From Scyliorhinus canicula (Eukaryota), in assembly GCF_902713615.1 (NCBI RefSeq), contig NC_052172.1:6305337-6369336 (forward strand): a stretch of 64,000 bases of DNA, given 5' to 3'. Within the stretch, counting starts at the first letter, position 1. Every line of letters begins with the position of its first letter. The notes under the pieces are model-generated. The model saw nothing but the letters and a program-made list of their open reading frames with translations. It was not told the origin of the DNA and did not search any database. The position numbers and the translations under genes were made by a program. Below are positions 12,401 through 24,853 of this stretch, one piece after another.

Positions 12401-12960
12401 ATTTTTCTCTACTGCCCTGTTTGAATTTTGTCCTTGGTTTCTCTACCTATCACTTTCCTTATTCACATTTCTATCTTTTGCTTTTGTCCTTGCTCCCTCT
12501 TTCTCTGACTCCTTGCGTAGGTTCCCATCTCCCTGGCATATTCGTTTATCCCATCCCCAACCGCTCAAGCAAATAGCCCCATCATACCATCCTGGTGTCT
12601 CGTTTGCGGCCACAGAAACGCCTGTCTATTCCCCTTATAATTGAGTCCCCTATAACTATTGCACTGTTACACGTATTACTCCTCCCCTCTGCAGCAGGAA
12701 CAACCGTGGTCCCACGAGTTTGGCAGTTGCTGTTTTCCCCGAAGAGGCCATTCCCCTCAACAGTATCCAAAAAGGTATATCTGTTCTGCAGGGGAATGGC
12801 CATAGGATACCTGCATTACCTGTCTCGCTCTCTTGCTCTGTCTGGTGGTCACCCATTCCCTTCCTGCCAGTGGAGTCTGAGCCTGCGGTGTGACCACCTC
12901 TCTATACGTGCTATCCACGATGCCTTTCAGACGATCAGGCCACAGTTTCGTGTGACGTAA
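9480..12960 (-). mobile_element. Degenerate CR1-clade LINE with an internal ORF1 deletion
   Basis: Minus-strand fragments: GDSIIRG (ORF1), LNARSI..ETWL (endonuclease), QHGFMKGK (RT), RTRGHSL; 3' tail with (TTCTATG)-type repeats near 9480. Confidence 0.88.
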
Positions 12961-13239
12961 CTTTACTGGGTATTTTTCAGTTTTGAAACAGACCAAAAGC
13001 TGTCTTACCCGATCGAGTTCTTTATTGAAGTCTCGCCCTCCCTCTCTCATGTGCTCTTTCACTCCCGTACCAGCCTCCCCGGACAGGCGCCGGAATGTGG
13101 CGACTAGGGGCTTTTCACAGTTACTTCATTGAAGCCTACTCGTGACAATAAGCGATTTTCATTTTCATTTATTGAAGTCACGCCCTCTCTCTCTCCGCGC
13201 TCTTTATTGAAATCTCGCTCTCTCTCTCTATACGCTGTT

Positions 13240-14045
13240 TACTGTAATGTAGATAAGTTTGACGTTATCTATCTTGGTCGAGCAAATAGAAGGCAACTTA
13301 TTATCCAAATGGGAAGTAGATTCAAGATGCCTCTGGGTAGAGGGATCTGGGTGTCTTTGTTCACGCATTACAGTATGCAGCTGCAGCATGTAATTAAAAA
13401 TGCAAGTCGAATGTGAGAATTTATTGCAGATGAACTGACTGGAGAAAAATCGTAGAGAAGTGTTGTTCCAATTGTATAGTGTTGTTTAGACCACATCTGG
13501 AGTATAGCGATCAGTTTTGGTCTCCTTATTTGAGGAAAGATGTGGCGACATTGGAAGCAGCTCAAACAAGGTTCACTCGATTGATTCCGGGAATGAAAGG
13601 GTTTACATATGAGGAGGGATTGAACAGTTTGGGCTTATACTCGCCGTAGTTTGGAAGGACGAGATCGGGTCTGAGAGAGATATATAAAACAGTAAATCGC
13701 ATTGATAAAGTGAACGTAGAGCAAATGTTCCCCCTGGTGGGGCAATCTAGAATAAGAAGCCACGGCTATAGATTGAAAGGTGGTAGATTTAAAACAGAGA
13801 TAAGGAGGAACTATTTCTCGCAGAGGCTGGTGAATTTGTAGAACTAGCTGCCACCATAGTGCGGTGAAGTCTCTGAAGCATTAAATGGTTTCAAGACTGA
13901 GATAGATATATTTTTGATAATAAACGGTTTAAAGGAATCTGGGGATCAGGTGTGGAAGTGGATTTGACACCAGGAAGAGATCACCCACGATTTGATAGAA
14001 TGGTTGAGCAGGCTCAAAGGCTGAATTACCTACTTCTGCTCCGGT
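13240..14045 (+). mobile_element. CR1 3' fragment
   Basis: RPHLEY..QFWSP motif and 3' hairpin; the counterpart in the next cassette is 41630-42400. Confidence 0.75.
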
Positions 14046-14061
14046 GTAACTGTCCTTCAGT

Positions 14062-15037
14062 CCTCTCGAACCCGTTACAAAAGGACAGAAGGAGGCCATT
14101 CAGCCTCTTTGTACTGGTATATCTTTTGGGGGCATATCGAAAGGTGCTGTGCACCATAAGAGAGGATGCAGTATGTGGAATCATAAAATTCCTAGAGGGC
14201 AGAAGGAGACCATTCGGCCCACATCGCTTATGCTCCGAAAGAGCACCCTACTGAGGCCGAATGCCGTGCCCTATTCGTGCAGCCTCACCCCAAAGGACAA
14301 ATTATAATGGTCAATCCATTTAACTGGTATGTCTTTTCACTGCGGGAGGAAACGGGAGGAAGCGAAGAAAATCCACGCAGAACTCAGGAGAACCTGCAAA
14401 CTCCCCACAGACAGCAGCCGAGGTCGGGATTGACCAGGGTGTCTGACGCTGTGAGGCAGCAGTGTTAACCAGTGTGTCACAGTGCCACCCTTGGGCTCAA
14501 GGCAGGAACAATCGTACAGACATTGGATGTGTTGATCAATCTCATCTCTTCAAATAAAAATTACAACTCTTGAGTCACCAAACCTCTTTGTGTGGTTAGT
14601 ACATTTGAGTATGGTAGAGAATACAACACCTTCGATCGAAGCAGGCGGAGGCCATTCATTCAGGGCAGCGTGGTGGCACAAGGGTTAGCATGGGTTCCTC
14701 ACAGCGCCAGTGTGGAGTTTGCACATTCTGCGCGTGTCTACGTGGGTTTCCTTCACTTGCTCCCGTTTCCTCCCGCAGTTCAAAGACGTACCAGTCAGAT
14801 CGATTGACCATTATAATTTTTACTTTGGGGTGGGGCTGCAGGAATAGGGCAGAGGATTTGGCCTCGGAGCAGAAGCGATGGGCCGAATGGTCTCCTTCTG
14901 CACTGTATGAATTCCACGATTCCACATATTGCATCCTCTCTTATGATGCTCAGTACCTTTAGATATGACGCACAAGATATACCAGAATAAAGAGGCTGAA
15001 TGGCCTCCTCTTGTCCTTTTGTAACAGGTTCTAGAGG
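14062..15037. repeat. Inverted duplication: arms 14062-14490 and 14663-15037, spacer about 170 nt
   Basis: The arms are reverse complements across both the SINE and the non-SINE flank (e.g. cataagagaggatgca / tgcatcctctcttatg). Confidence 0.8.
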
Positions 15038-16840
15038 TGGATTGACTTTGATAAATTGTTCCTTAGAGTCCAAATGATGCAGGTTCGGAGAGGTTACGGG
15101 AATGGGACGGGGAGTGGGCCGAGGTACGGCACTCGAACAAAAATATCAGGAGCAGGAGTGTGCAATTTAGCCCATCGAGCCCTCTCCGCCATTCAATACG
15201 ATCATGGCTGATCAACTCTTGGCCTCAACTCCATTTTCCCGCCTGTTCTCCAAAACCCTTCAATTTCAAAATCTGTCCATCTCCTCGTTACATTTACTGC
15301 ATTTCCCGGCATCCACCGCACTCTGGAGAAGTAACTTCCACAGATTCACGAGATGTAATTGCTCCTCATCTCTGTTTTAAATTTACTGCCCTTTATCCTA
15401 AAACTATGACTTTAGGAGGGGCAGTGCACACTCGATGGGCCGCACGGCCACATTATGCACGATAGGAATGCTATGGATATCTTTCCATCCAGGAAAAGGA
15501 GTACAGGGGCAAGGGAATGTGCGTTTGGTGGTGGCATCAAGCCAGATGTTGCTAAAATGGTGCAGGACCATCTATTAAATACAGAGTCTGGTGCGTACAA
15601 AGGCGACAATGAGAGGAAACATTTGGAAGTTGAAACGTTTCACCAGCTGACCTGATGCGATGGAGACTAAGAAAGTGTTGCAGAATAGTCCCGGGAAACT
15701 GGATGTGTGGCTGTATCACTGAACTCTACCGAATGGCCTGCCCCCGATGATTGCGTCTGCTGATGATTGAATACACTTAAGGCTGCGACCAGAGACATGT
15801 TTGGTCTCCTCGGGAATGAAGAAATATGGGAAGAATGCCGAAGTTGGGTTGGAGCCGGATGAGGGAACAATATCATATTGGAAGTGTTTTCAAAACTTTA
15901 GTTATCCACTGAGTACTGAAGGGGTTAAGCCTCTTCGGTATCGATCCATATTACACACACAAGTTGTTCAGCTGCAGGAAACCATCCCAAAGACACACTT
16001 GCTAGCGTTGGAATCCCGGGAAATACGAGCAACAAATGGTTATTGTCAAGGATGGCAATGAACAATGTGGGATCTTTTCACCATTTGTACTGGTGCCTGG
16101 TTGCCTGGGGAGAGAGACATAATCATACAGAATTGCTCATTGCTGTAACATGTTTACGTCAGGAAACTGAAGGAAATCAATTATTTTCTGACAGGTGAAA
16201 GGTTATTTTAATGTAAATAATAAAGTCCAGTTTTAATACCCATTTGAAAATAAGGATTTCAGTACACATAACCTTATGTCATGGCAAAACACATAACTTA
16301 AGCAGACGCACAAAAGCCTGAACATCCACAAATTAATTGGGGATAGAAACAACATTTTTGCTGACAGTATGAACAAACTATTGTTCTAATGAACAGATTT
16401 CAAAGTTAGTTTCATATTAAGAAATTAGCTGTACCAGCAATCAAGATCAAGGTCGAAATAAACACCTTAGCAATATGAAGACACCATTGTTCAGAATATG
16501 GATAAAATAAAGTCAGCAGGAAACCAGGAAAAACTAGTCTTGATTACAGCACAAAATCGCATTCTATAGCATACACAAATATTCAAACGCAACATTCAAA
16601 ACCTATGTTGCACATTGAGGATTGACAGTTTACTATAGTTAACTATAGAATCAAATGTATTTGATTCTCACCCAAAGCATTTAGGACGACATAGAGGTGC
16701 CGACAGATGGCTTCAGACTGATACAATTCTCTTTAAACATGAGGCTCCGCACAGCCATTTTTATTCCTGGATCACACTATACTTTGTTCTAGCTATTCGC
16801 TATCTTTATTTTCATATTTTCATTTTTCCACTCTAACTTA

Positions 16841-17178
16841 GGGGCTTCACGGTAGCATGGTGGTTAGCATCAATGCTTCACAGCTCCAGGGTCCTAGGTT
16901 CGATTCCCGGCTGGGTCACTGTCTGTGTGGAGTCTGCACGTCCTCCCTGTGTGTGCGTGGGTTTCCTCCGGGTGCTCCGGTTTCCTCCCACAGTCCAAAG
17001 ATGTGCGGGTTAGGTGGATTGGCCGTGCTAAATTGCCCGTAGTGTAAGGTTAATGGGGGGATTGTTGGGTTACGTGTATACGGGTTATGTGGGTATGTTC
17101 TATGTTCTACGTAGGGTGATCATTGCTCGGCACAACATCGAGGGCCGAAGGGCCTGTTCTGTGCTGTACTGTTCTATG
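16841..17178 (+). mobile_element. HE1-like SINE (young, full length)
   Basis: A/B boxes, core, CR1-type tail gagggccgaagggcctgttctg; near-identical to 46709-47052. Confidence 0.88.
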
Positions 17179-17179
17179 A

Positions 17180-18700
17180 ACTCTTGAAGTTCATGCAATC
17201 TGTTTTGCCGTAAGCAAGAAACCATTTCTGTATTATTTTGAATGTTAAATTGTTTTCTAAATTACTCCGCTTTAAGTCCTTAGCAGGGCTTTATTGAGAA
17301 TAGATTTAAGTTTCTCTCAATTGCAATCAAGTAGAGGAAATGAAAGATTATTTTTGCAGCCGAGATTTTTAACTCAAATTTCCAACTCAAATTTGTTTTA
17401 CTTTTGCGAGACTTCACTAGATCCGCATGGTAGATCTCTGCAATTGGAGCAGTCGGCAATGGGGAGGAGCGCAGAGTCAGAGGAAATCGGAAGACCGAAG
17501 AAAGACCAGAAGGACAGAAGACACAAAGACATCTATCCGAAAAACGGCTAAGAATGGGGGAAGAAAATATCTTTTTCACCCGTTAAAAGTCTTAAAGCCG
17601 CATCAAACGCTGCTTCGACCACTTAGAAAGGACCTGTTTCAGAAGGTGTTATTCAATCGGGTGCCGGTCGTAGAAACTAAAATAAAACGGGGCAGAATAA
17701 AAAATAGTCGCGGCTGTGTGATCAAAGATTGCACAGAAACGTAGTTGAGGACCAAAGGAATTGGGCAGAAGGCAGAGTTTATGGCGGACTTGAATCCTAA
17801 AATACATTCAGAACCTTAAAAAGGTAGAGAACAACTTCCCACAGCTTCAAGGGGAGGTCACGCTGTACCAGATATACCAAATATTGGGAGATCTTAGATC
17901 TTTGATTTATAGACATTTTGGAATGTCTAAAGTATCTACAAAAATTGAATCAAAATATAACATCCTCAAAAGGGGATTCCTTGACGACATCAAAAGATTT
18001 GGAAAAAAACACACGATTGACCACAACAAAACCTATGCTCTTTTGCAGCAATGGCACAACCCCATGAGCAGCAAGAAACAGTCACACACACAAAACACAA
18101 TTGCGAACTTAAAAGTGCCAAAGAAAAACTAGTGGCAGTCATTGACCAATTGCGAGCTGGAAAATCTAAGCTCTAGAAATCTGGTCAAACTGAAACACTA
18201 TTGCTTGACTCAAAATGCAGAACTCAGCTATTACTATTACTAATTGATGAACACCAAAAGAAAAATACTGATTCAGAATCCAAACTTCAACATTTAATAT
18301 CAGGAGATGATGGTCTTAAAAGTCAAAATGGCCAGTTACTTGAGGAAAAATGTATTCTGGAAAGTGACATGGACAGCATGAAATGTCATAACAAATTACT
18401 GAGAGACAAATTAACAGCGCCACCAACAGGAAGAGTTGAAATGATTTTAACTAAGGCCCAAGGTGTACCAGCGGTAACTAGATCAGATCCTACATTATTG
18501 CAAGCTGGGACTAACATGACAACAATGCATACACTGATTGAAGATGCACAGGGGCAGTTTGGCCAAATGGACTATCTGTCCGTTCCGGGTTCAAGGACCG
18601 TTTCTCCCCAGAACAAACCGTTATCATACTCTGAAACTCACCAAGAAATGCTGCTTGTCCCGATCCAAATGCCTCTCATGACAGCTTTAATAGACTTTGA
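17180..18700 (+). mobile_element. Putative LTR-retroelement/ERV remnant: LTR 3' end, PBS and decayed gag-like ORFs
   Basis: ..TCTGCA (17442), then AT, then TGGAGCAGTCGGCA (17445-17458; 12/14 match to the tRNA-Ser PBS TGGCGTAGTCGGCA); purine-rich leader, then ORF pieces 17884-18132 and 18201-18761 with a coiled-coil-like segment. No second LTR found. Confidence 0.45.
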
Positions 18701-19714
18701 GATTTTTATAGGGTATGGGGGGGGGGGGGATTACGGGTATAGGGTAGATACGTTGGCTTGAGTAGGGTGATCATTCCTCGGCACAACATCGAGGGCCGAA
18801 GGGCCTGTTCTGTGCTGTACTGTTCTATGTTCTAGGTTCTAGGTTCTATCCACCTCCTGGCTACAGGGATACGCTCTAAGTCACGTATCGCCAAACAGAT
18901 GCCAAGAACTGTTAACTTGAGAACACTTACATTATTTTGAATGTTGCTTTAAACAAAACAAATTTTGTTAGCTGCGCTTTCTTTAACAGAGTTACAGTAA
19001 ACCGAGTTCCTTCAGTGCAAGGTTGATTCAGTCACATATTCAATAAGTTATTGTGTTTGATGTTTTAAAATAAATGTTAAAAATTAGCTTGGAAATTAAA
19101 ACTTCAGACAACGTGGAAGCTGTTTTTAAGAAAAGAAAACTCTGATTAAAGCAAATCTATGTTTGAGAACACACCGTTCTAAGACAATTGATAAGCAGTA
19201 ATTTGGCAGCAATCCGACTTTTTCTCCCAGTCCATTTGAGTGACATATATTTAAAAAACGTTTGAGAAAGATGCGGGTGGCATCATTCCAAGCTATACGC
19301 CCCTTTTTGTCTCTGCTGGAAAATTAACCCTTTCAACAGACTTTTGTGTATAATCCAGAAGATGTCAAACACTTGGCAATACGCACCCTAATACAAAGTT
19401 AAAAACAAACTGGAGCAATACTTTGATTACACTCTTTGGGTTTGGCTTTCCAATTGGTTGGGTGGCACTGAAATTAACATCATTCAGGGACATTTCCTAT
19501 TTTGCATATTTGGACTTATCATTTACGTACTAATGTTGCTGATCAGATACTTTGGCTGACGCATGCCTACCCATAGTGCCCCACCAATCCACATGGTTCA
19601 TATTAATTCAAATGCTCCACTAGCCAATAATATCAAAATTGAAAGTTTCTGTTTAACTATTATTTACTGCATTATTATTCATTTATCGATGTATAGCAGG
19701 TTAGGTAGCTTTTC

Positions 19715-20275
19715 CGGAGGGAAGCGAAATAAATGGCACCATTCTTTGGAATATACAAAGTCAGAGAGGTCTGGGCGTGCAGATCAACAAATTATTGGAA
19801 GTGTCAACACAAGTGGACAAGGTAGTCAAGAAAACACACCGAATGCTTGCCTTCTTTGGATGGGGCATTGGGGCATATCATACTGCAGTTCTATAGAACA
19901 TTGGTAAGGCCCCACTTGGAATATTGCGCACAATTCTGGTCACCACACTACCAGAAGATGTGGAGGCTTTGCAGAGGATGCAGAGGAGAATTACCAGGAT
20001 GTTTCCTGGTCTGGAGGGTGTTAGCTATGTGGATAATAGACTCTGACTGTTTTCATTAGAACGACAGAGGTTGAGGGGTGACCTGATAGAGGTCTACAGT
20101 CTTTTGAGGGACATGGATAGATGGATTGGCAGGCATCTCGACACATACGTGGAAAAGATGCGTACAGAAGGATACGGCACTTGGAGGTGCTGAGTGTTTT
20201 GATCAAGGGTGGTATCATGAACAGTACAGACTTGGAGGGCCGAAGAGCCTGTTCTTGTGCTGTATTGTTCTTTCC
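19715..20275 (+). mobile_element. CR1 3' fragment shared with 44490-45055
   Basis: YRTLVRPHLEYCAQFWSPH; same position in two cassettes, absent at about 62.98 kb. Confidence 0.8.
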
Positions 20276-21149
20276 TCTATTGCAGGTGGACAGCCTGTCC
20301 TCAACAGGTCATTCAGCTGAAATATTGGGTTGGATTTTATAAGGCACCCACTGATGGGAAAACAGGCACATGGATCTTTAAGATAGTGCGCCACCCCATT
20401 GGCCGCTGCCGCCACCTAATGGACCTTTACCTGCAGCCACACGGACCCAATAGTATTGATCCTGCAGGTTGCTGGGCAGTGAAATTGGGCCAGTTACGTC
20501 CATTCCGAGACCCCGGATGATGCCCATTGGAGTCCTCCCACAGTTTCCCCTCATCATGTGAAATTTACCCCGCAGTTCCCTGTTCCCTACGCTAGGCCTT
20601 GCTATCCCGAGATGTTGGATTTACCAAGAGGTCCAGCTCCATCACTGAACACATCCTCCTTGGTCTCCCTGCAGTCCCAGCAGTGGCCACTGCTGGCACT
20701 ACAGAACTGCCAGCCTCCAATTAGTCAGCAAGTCCACGAGGTGAGATTTACTCCTGGAAATTGACCCAAAGTCTTGCCCCATTGCAATTAAAGGCTCGGC
20801 TGGTATTTAATTAAATTGTGGAGAGATGACCGTGTTTCGGGTGGCTCAACACCAACATTTACACTAGAGTTCAGGGAGCCCCTATTCAGGGTATAATCCA
20901 ACTCTTTAGCTCTCTGCAGATACTCTCTCAGCTGCATCGTGAGCATTTTCTGCTCTATTTCAGATTTCCAGCAATCACTGTTTTGGCTTTTGACCTGATT
21001 TACCTCTAGAACGCCCCAGCTGCATGTACTCGTCTATAAGTCCTTGTCTTTTGATTTAAACTTCCTGGCTTGACAAATGTTTTTGAGGGACTGACGTGCT
21101 TTTTTGAATTTGGCCCAAAAAAGACACTTTTTAAAATATGTCGCTCGCG

Positions 21150-22930
21150 GGATGTTTGCATTGCTGGTTAGGCTAGCATTTATTACCCATTCCTAGTTGC
21201 CCTTCAGAAAGCGGTGGTGAGTTGCCTTTCGGAACTATGACAGTCACTGAGTGTAAGAACACCCACAGTGTTGTTACCCAGGTAACTACCACTTTTGTCC
21301 TTCTTGATGACAGTGGTCGTGAGTTTGGAAGGTGCTGTCTAAGGAACCTTGGCAAGTTACTGTCGTGCATCTTGTAGGTTCTACATACGGCTGCCGCTGT
21401 TTATCGGTGGTGGAGTGTTTGACTGTTTGTGGAAGGGGAGCAATCAAACGGGTTCCTTTGTCCTGGATGGTTTCGAGCTTCTTGAACGTTGTTGGAGCTG
21501 TACTCATCCAGGCAAGTGGAGAATATCCCTTACACTCCTGACTTGTGCCTTTTGATGGTGTCCAGGCTTTGGGGGGGGGGGGGGGGGGGTTAAGTAGGTG
21601 ACATACTCGCCATACTCGCCCTCGGATTAGACCTGCTCTGGTAGCCACAGTATTAATATGACGAGTCCAGTTCAGTTTCTTTTTATTGGTAACCCCAAGA
21701 TGTTGATTGTGGGGGATTCAGCGATGATAATGCCATTAATTGTTAAGGGGCGGTGGTTAGATCATCTCTTGTCGGATATGGCCTTTGCCTGGTACTTGTG
21801 TGGCGCGAATGTAATTTGCCACTTGTCAGCCCAAGGCTGGATATCATCCAGGTCTGGTGCATTTGGACACGCGCTGCTTAATTATCTGAGGAGTCGCAAA
21901 TGGTGCTGTAAGGTGCACAGTCATCCGCAATGATCCCACTTCTGACATTATGATGGTAGGCAGGTCATTGATGAAGCAGCCAAAGATGGTTGGGCTGAGG
22001 ACACTTCCCTGAGGAGTGATATCCTGGAATCCTGGAACTGAGACGATTGATTTCCAACCACCGCAAACATCATTCTTTGAGCCATGTATGACTCCAACCA
22101 GCGGACAGTTTTAGAACATAGAACATAGAACAGTACAGCACAGTACAGGCACTTCGGCCCACGGTGTTGTGCCGACCATTTATCCTAATCTAAGATCAAA
22201 CTAACCTACACCCCGTCAATTTACCGCTGTCCATCTGCCTGTCAAATGGTTGCTTAAATGTCTCTGACTTCACCACCTCTGCTGGCAGTGCATTCCAAGC
22301 ACACAGTACTCTCTGTATAAAGAACCTACCTCTGACATCTCCCCTATACCTTCCTCCAATCACCTTAAAATTATTCCCCGTCGTGGCAGCCAATTCCGCC
22401 CTGGGGAAAAGTCTCTGGCTATCCACTGCATCCATACCTCTCATCTCCTTGTACACCTCTATCAAGTCACCTCTCTACCTTCTTCGCTCCAGTGAGAAAA
22501 ACCCTAGCTCCGCCAACCTTTCTTCATAAGACATGCCCTCCAGTCAGGGCAGCATCCTGGTAAATCTCATCTGCACCCTCCCCAAATTATCCACACCCTT
22601 ACTATAATGAAGCGACCAGAACTGGACACAATATTCCAAGTTTGGTCTGACCTTGATTTTTTAAAGCTGCAGAAAAACCCCTGATTCCTGAAGATGGTTG
22701 TTTCTAGGACACTACCCTGAGGAACACCTGAGTGATGTCCTGGAGTTGAGATGATTGACGTACAGCCACCGCAAGTCAGGTGCCAGGAGTGACACCAACC
22801 AGCGGACGGTTTCCGCCCTGATTCCCATTGACTTCAGTTTAGCTAGGGCTCCTTGATGGCATATTCTGTCAAATGCTGCCTTGATATCAAGGGGTGCAAC
22901 TCTCACCTCAGCTTTTACGACCATGCGATA
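21150..22930 (-). mobile_element. Old CR1/L2-group LINE RT and 3' fragment with a nested younger CR1 3' piece (about 22110-22670)
   Basis: LDIKAAFDR RT motif; tail gggcaactaggaatgggtaataaatgc; nested piece encodes MIEVYK..FFIQRV. Confidence 0.75.
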
Positions 22931-23245
22931 GTTTCATGGGCATTAATACTGATACTAATACCAGCTTTCTTATTGGAGATTTAATTCAAGCTGCTGTCAG
23001 GACAGAAAGTTAAACTCATGTCCGTGCATCATCAGCAGAGTCTTCTTTCTGACTACACGAGCAACATATCCACAATGCTCCCAGTTCGACGCAGACACAG
23101 CAGTGGTTGCAGATGAAGCGGTGAAAGACAGCATACAATTGGCTAGATTCATTCTAAAACCAACCACTCAGTGAGGAGCTGGCGAATGATTCAGACTCAC
23201 TAACTTCAGACTCTGCACTCAAAGAATTAAAAGTAAATATCCAGA

Positions 23246-23271
23246 ATGCAAATTAGCTCCACCCCGGAAAT
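23246..23271 (+). promoter_or_regulatory. Octamer ATGCAAAT (23246-23253) plus ETS-like CCGGAAAT (23264-23271) upstream of V-D1
   Basis: Direct motif reading. In D2 the ETS site is kept (47951-47958) but the octamer reads ATGCGCAT (47933-47940). Confidence 0.4.
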
Positions 23272-23402
23272 GAGAGTTTGGAGCCATCAACCAATAAGAG
23301 ATTGATCCCTTGCACTTGTACGGTGAACACGTTGGTGGAGGAAACATTAACTCACTTAATGCCCATAATTACAGATATCGTGCAGTTAAACACCCTTAGA
23401 AG

Positions 23403-24296
23403 ATTTTTGTGTGTCGGCTCTGGGTTCTGTTCCTGTTGTTACCCGGTAAGGTGGAACTGGCCTTTGAGGTGTTAGTGATCCTCACTATTGTTGCCTGTGT
23501 CCCGGTTTGGATTTAATCCACTTCCCGGAGTCAGTCACACCGCTTGGAGGTGTCGACTGCCTCTCCCACTGTTTGTTGCCGCTGTCTCTCTTTCTCATTG
23601 TCTTCCTCTCCCTATCACCCTGTCGTACTTTCCCCGACGCTCTGCTCTTCTCTTTCTTGACCTGTCTCCTAATTACCTTCTTCAGTTTAACCCTTCCTTC
23701 ATCCGATTGTCTCTCAGCGCCTCTGTCAGTTATAGTTCTCTCTTTATCTCACTCTGTCCCTCCATGGCTTATCGATTGTCTTTGGTTTTACCTCTGTTTT
23801 TCTCTCACTCTCTCTCTATTGCCTTTGCCTCTGTCGTTCCCGCCTCTCTCTTTATCAGACTTTCGCTCTTTTTCTCTCTATATATCGCTGCCATATGCTC
23901 CAGCTTTCATTCGCGCCTCTCTTCCTTTTGCCGCTCCATTCTTCCACCCGCTCCAAGGGTCACACGTTTAACATGTCAGTCTTTTGACTCTATTTTACAG
24001 ATGTAGCGTCCGTGCAGATCGAACAGACACCTGCTCACATATCCAGTTCCCCGGGCAGTTCAGTCAGCATCAAATGCATTTGCACAAAAGCAGATGCTAG
24101 CAGCAATTTCTACTGGTATCGATGGCATCCTGACCGCGAGCCCCAGAACCTTTTCTATTCCTTTGCTAGCATCATCAATCCCAACGGTGAGGTGGACGGT
24201 TTCACCGCCAGAATAACCGACAACACCCACTTTTACCTGGAGTCTACCGGCCTCCGAGCCAATCACTCGGGCGTCTATTACTGTGCCTGGAGTAAA
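23403..24296 (+). pseudogene. TRBV: TCR beta V segment D1 (CAWS): V exon 24001-24296 intact, leader start ATG>ATT
   Basis: Leader 23403-23445 matches the D2 leader but begins ATT, with an in-frame TAG at 23397-23399. Donor GTAAG and acceptor TTACAG are intact. V exon SIKCIC..WYRW..YYCAWS. Confidence 0.85.
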
Positions 24297-24335
24297 CACA
24301 GTGACTGACAGAGATGGAGGAGCTGAGCAAAAACC
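24297..24335 (+). other. 23-RSS of V-D1
   Basis: CACAGTG 24297-24303, 23-nt spacer, GCAAAAACC 24327-24335. Confidence 0.93.
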
Positions 24336-24357
24336 TAACTGTCGAGGGTCTATCTAT

Positions 24358-24853
24358 NNNNNNNNNNNNNNNNNNNNNNNNNNNNNNNNNNNNNNNNNNN
24401 NNNNNNNNNNNNNNNNNNNNNNNNNNNNNNNNNNNNNNNNNNNNNNNNNNNNNNNNNNNNNNNNNNNNNNNNNNNNNNNNNNNNNNNNNNNNNNNNNNNN
24501 NNNNNNNNNNNNNNNNNNNNNNNNNNNNNNNNNNNNNNNNNNNNNNNNNNNNNNNNNNNNNNNNNNNNNNNNNNNNNNNNNNNNNNNNNNNNNNNNNNNN
24601 NNNNNNNNNNNNNNNNNNNNNNNNNNNNNNNNNNNNNNNNNNNNNNNNNNNNNNNNNNNNNNNNNNNNNNNNNNNNNNNNNNNNNNNNNNNNNNNNNNNN
24701 NNNNNNNNNNNNNNNNNNNNNNNNNNNNNNNNNNNNNNNNNNNNNNNNNNNNNNNNNNNNNNNNNNNNNNNNNNNNNNNNNNNNNNNNNNNNNNNNNNNN
24801 NNNNNNNNNNNNNNNNNNNNNNNNNNNNNNNNNNNNNNNNNNNNNNNNNNNNN
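24358..24853. other. Assembly gap (496 N) inside a (TCTA)n microsatellite
   Basis: N run flanked by tctatctat / ctatatttatctat. Confidence 0.99.

Noticed and set aside
24279-24285. Embedded TACTGTG cryptic heptamer (V-replacement type) in V-D1
   Set aside because: Simply the Tyr-Cys-Ala codons; the other intact Vs read TACTGCG.
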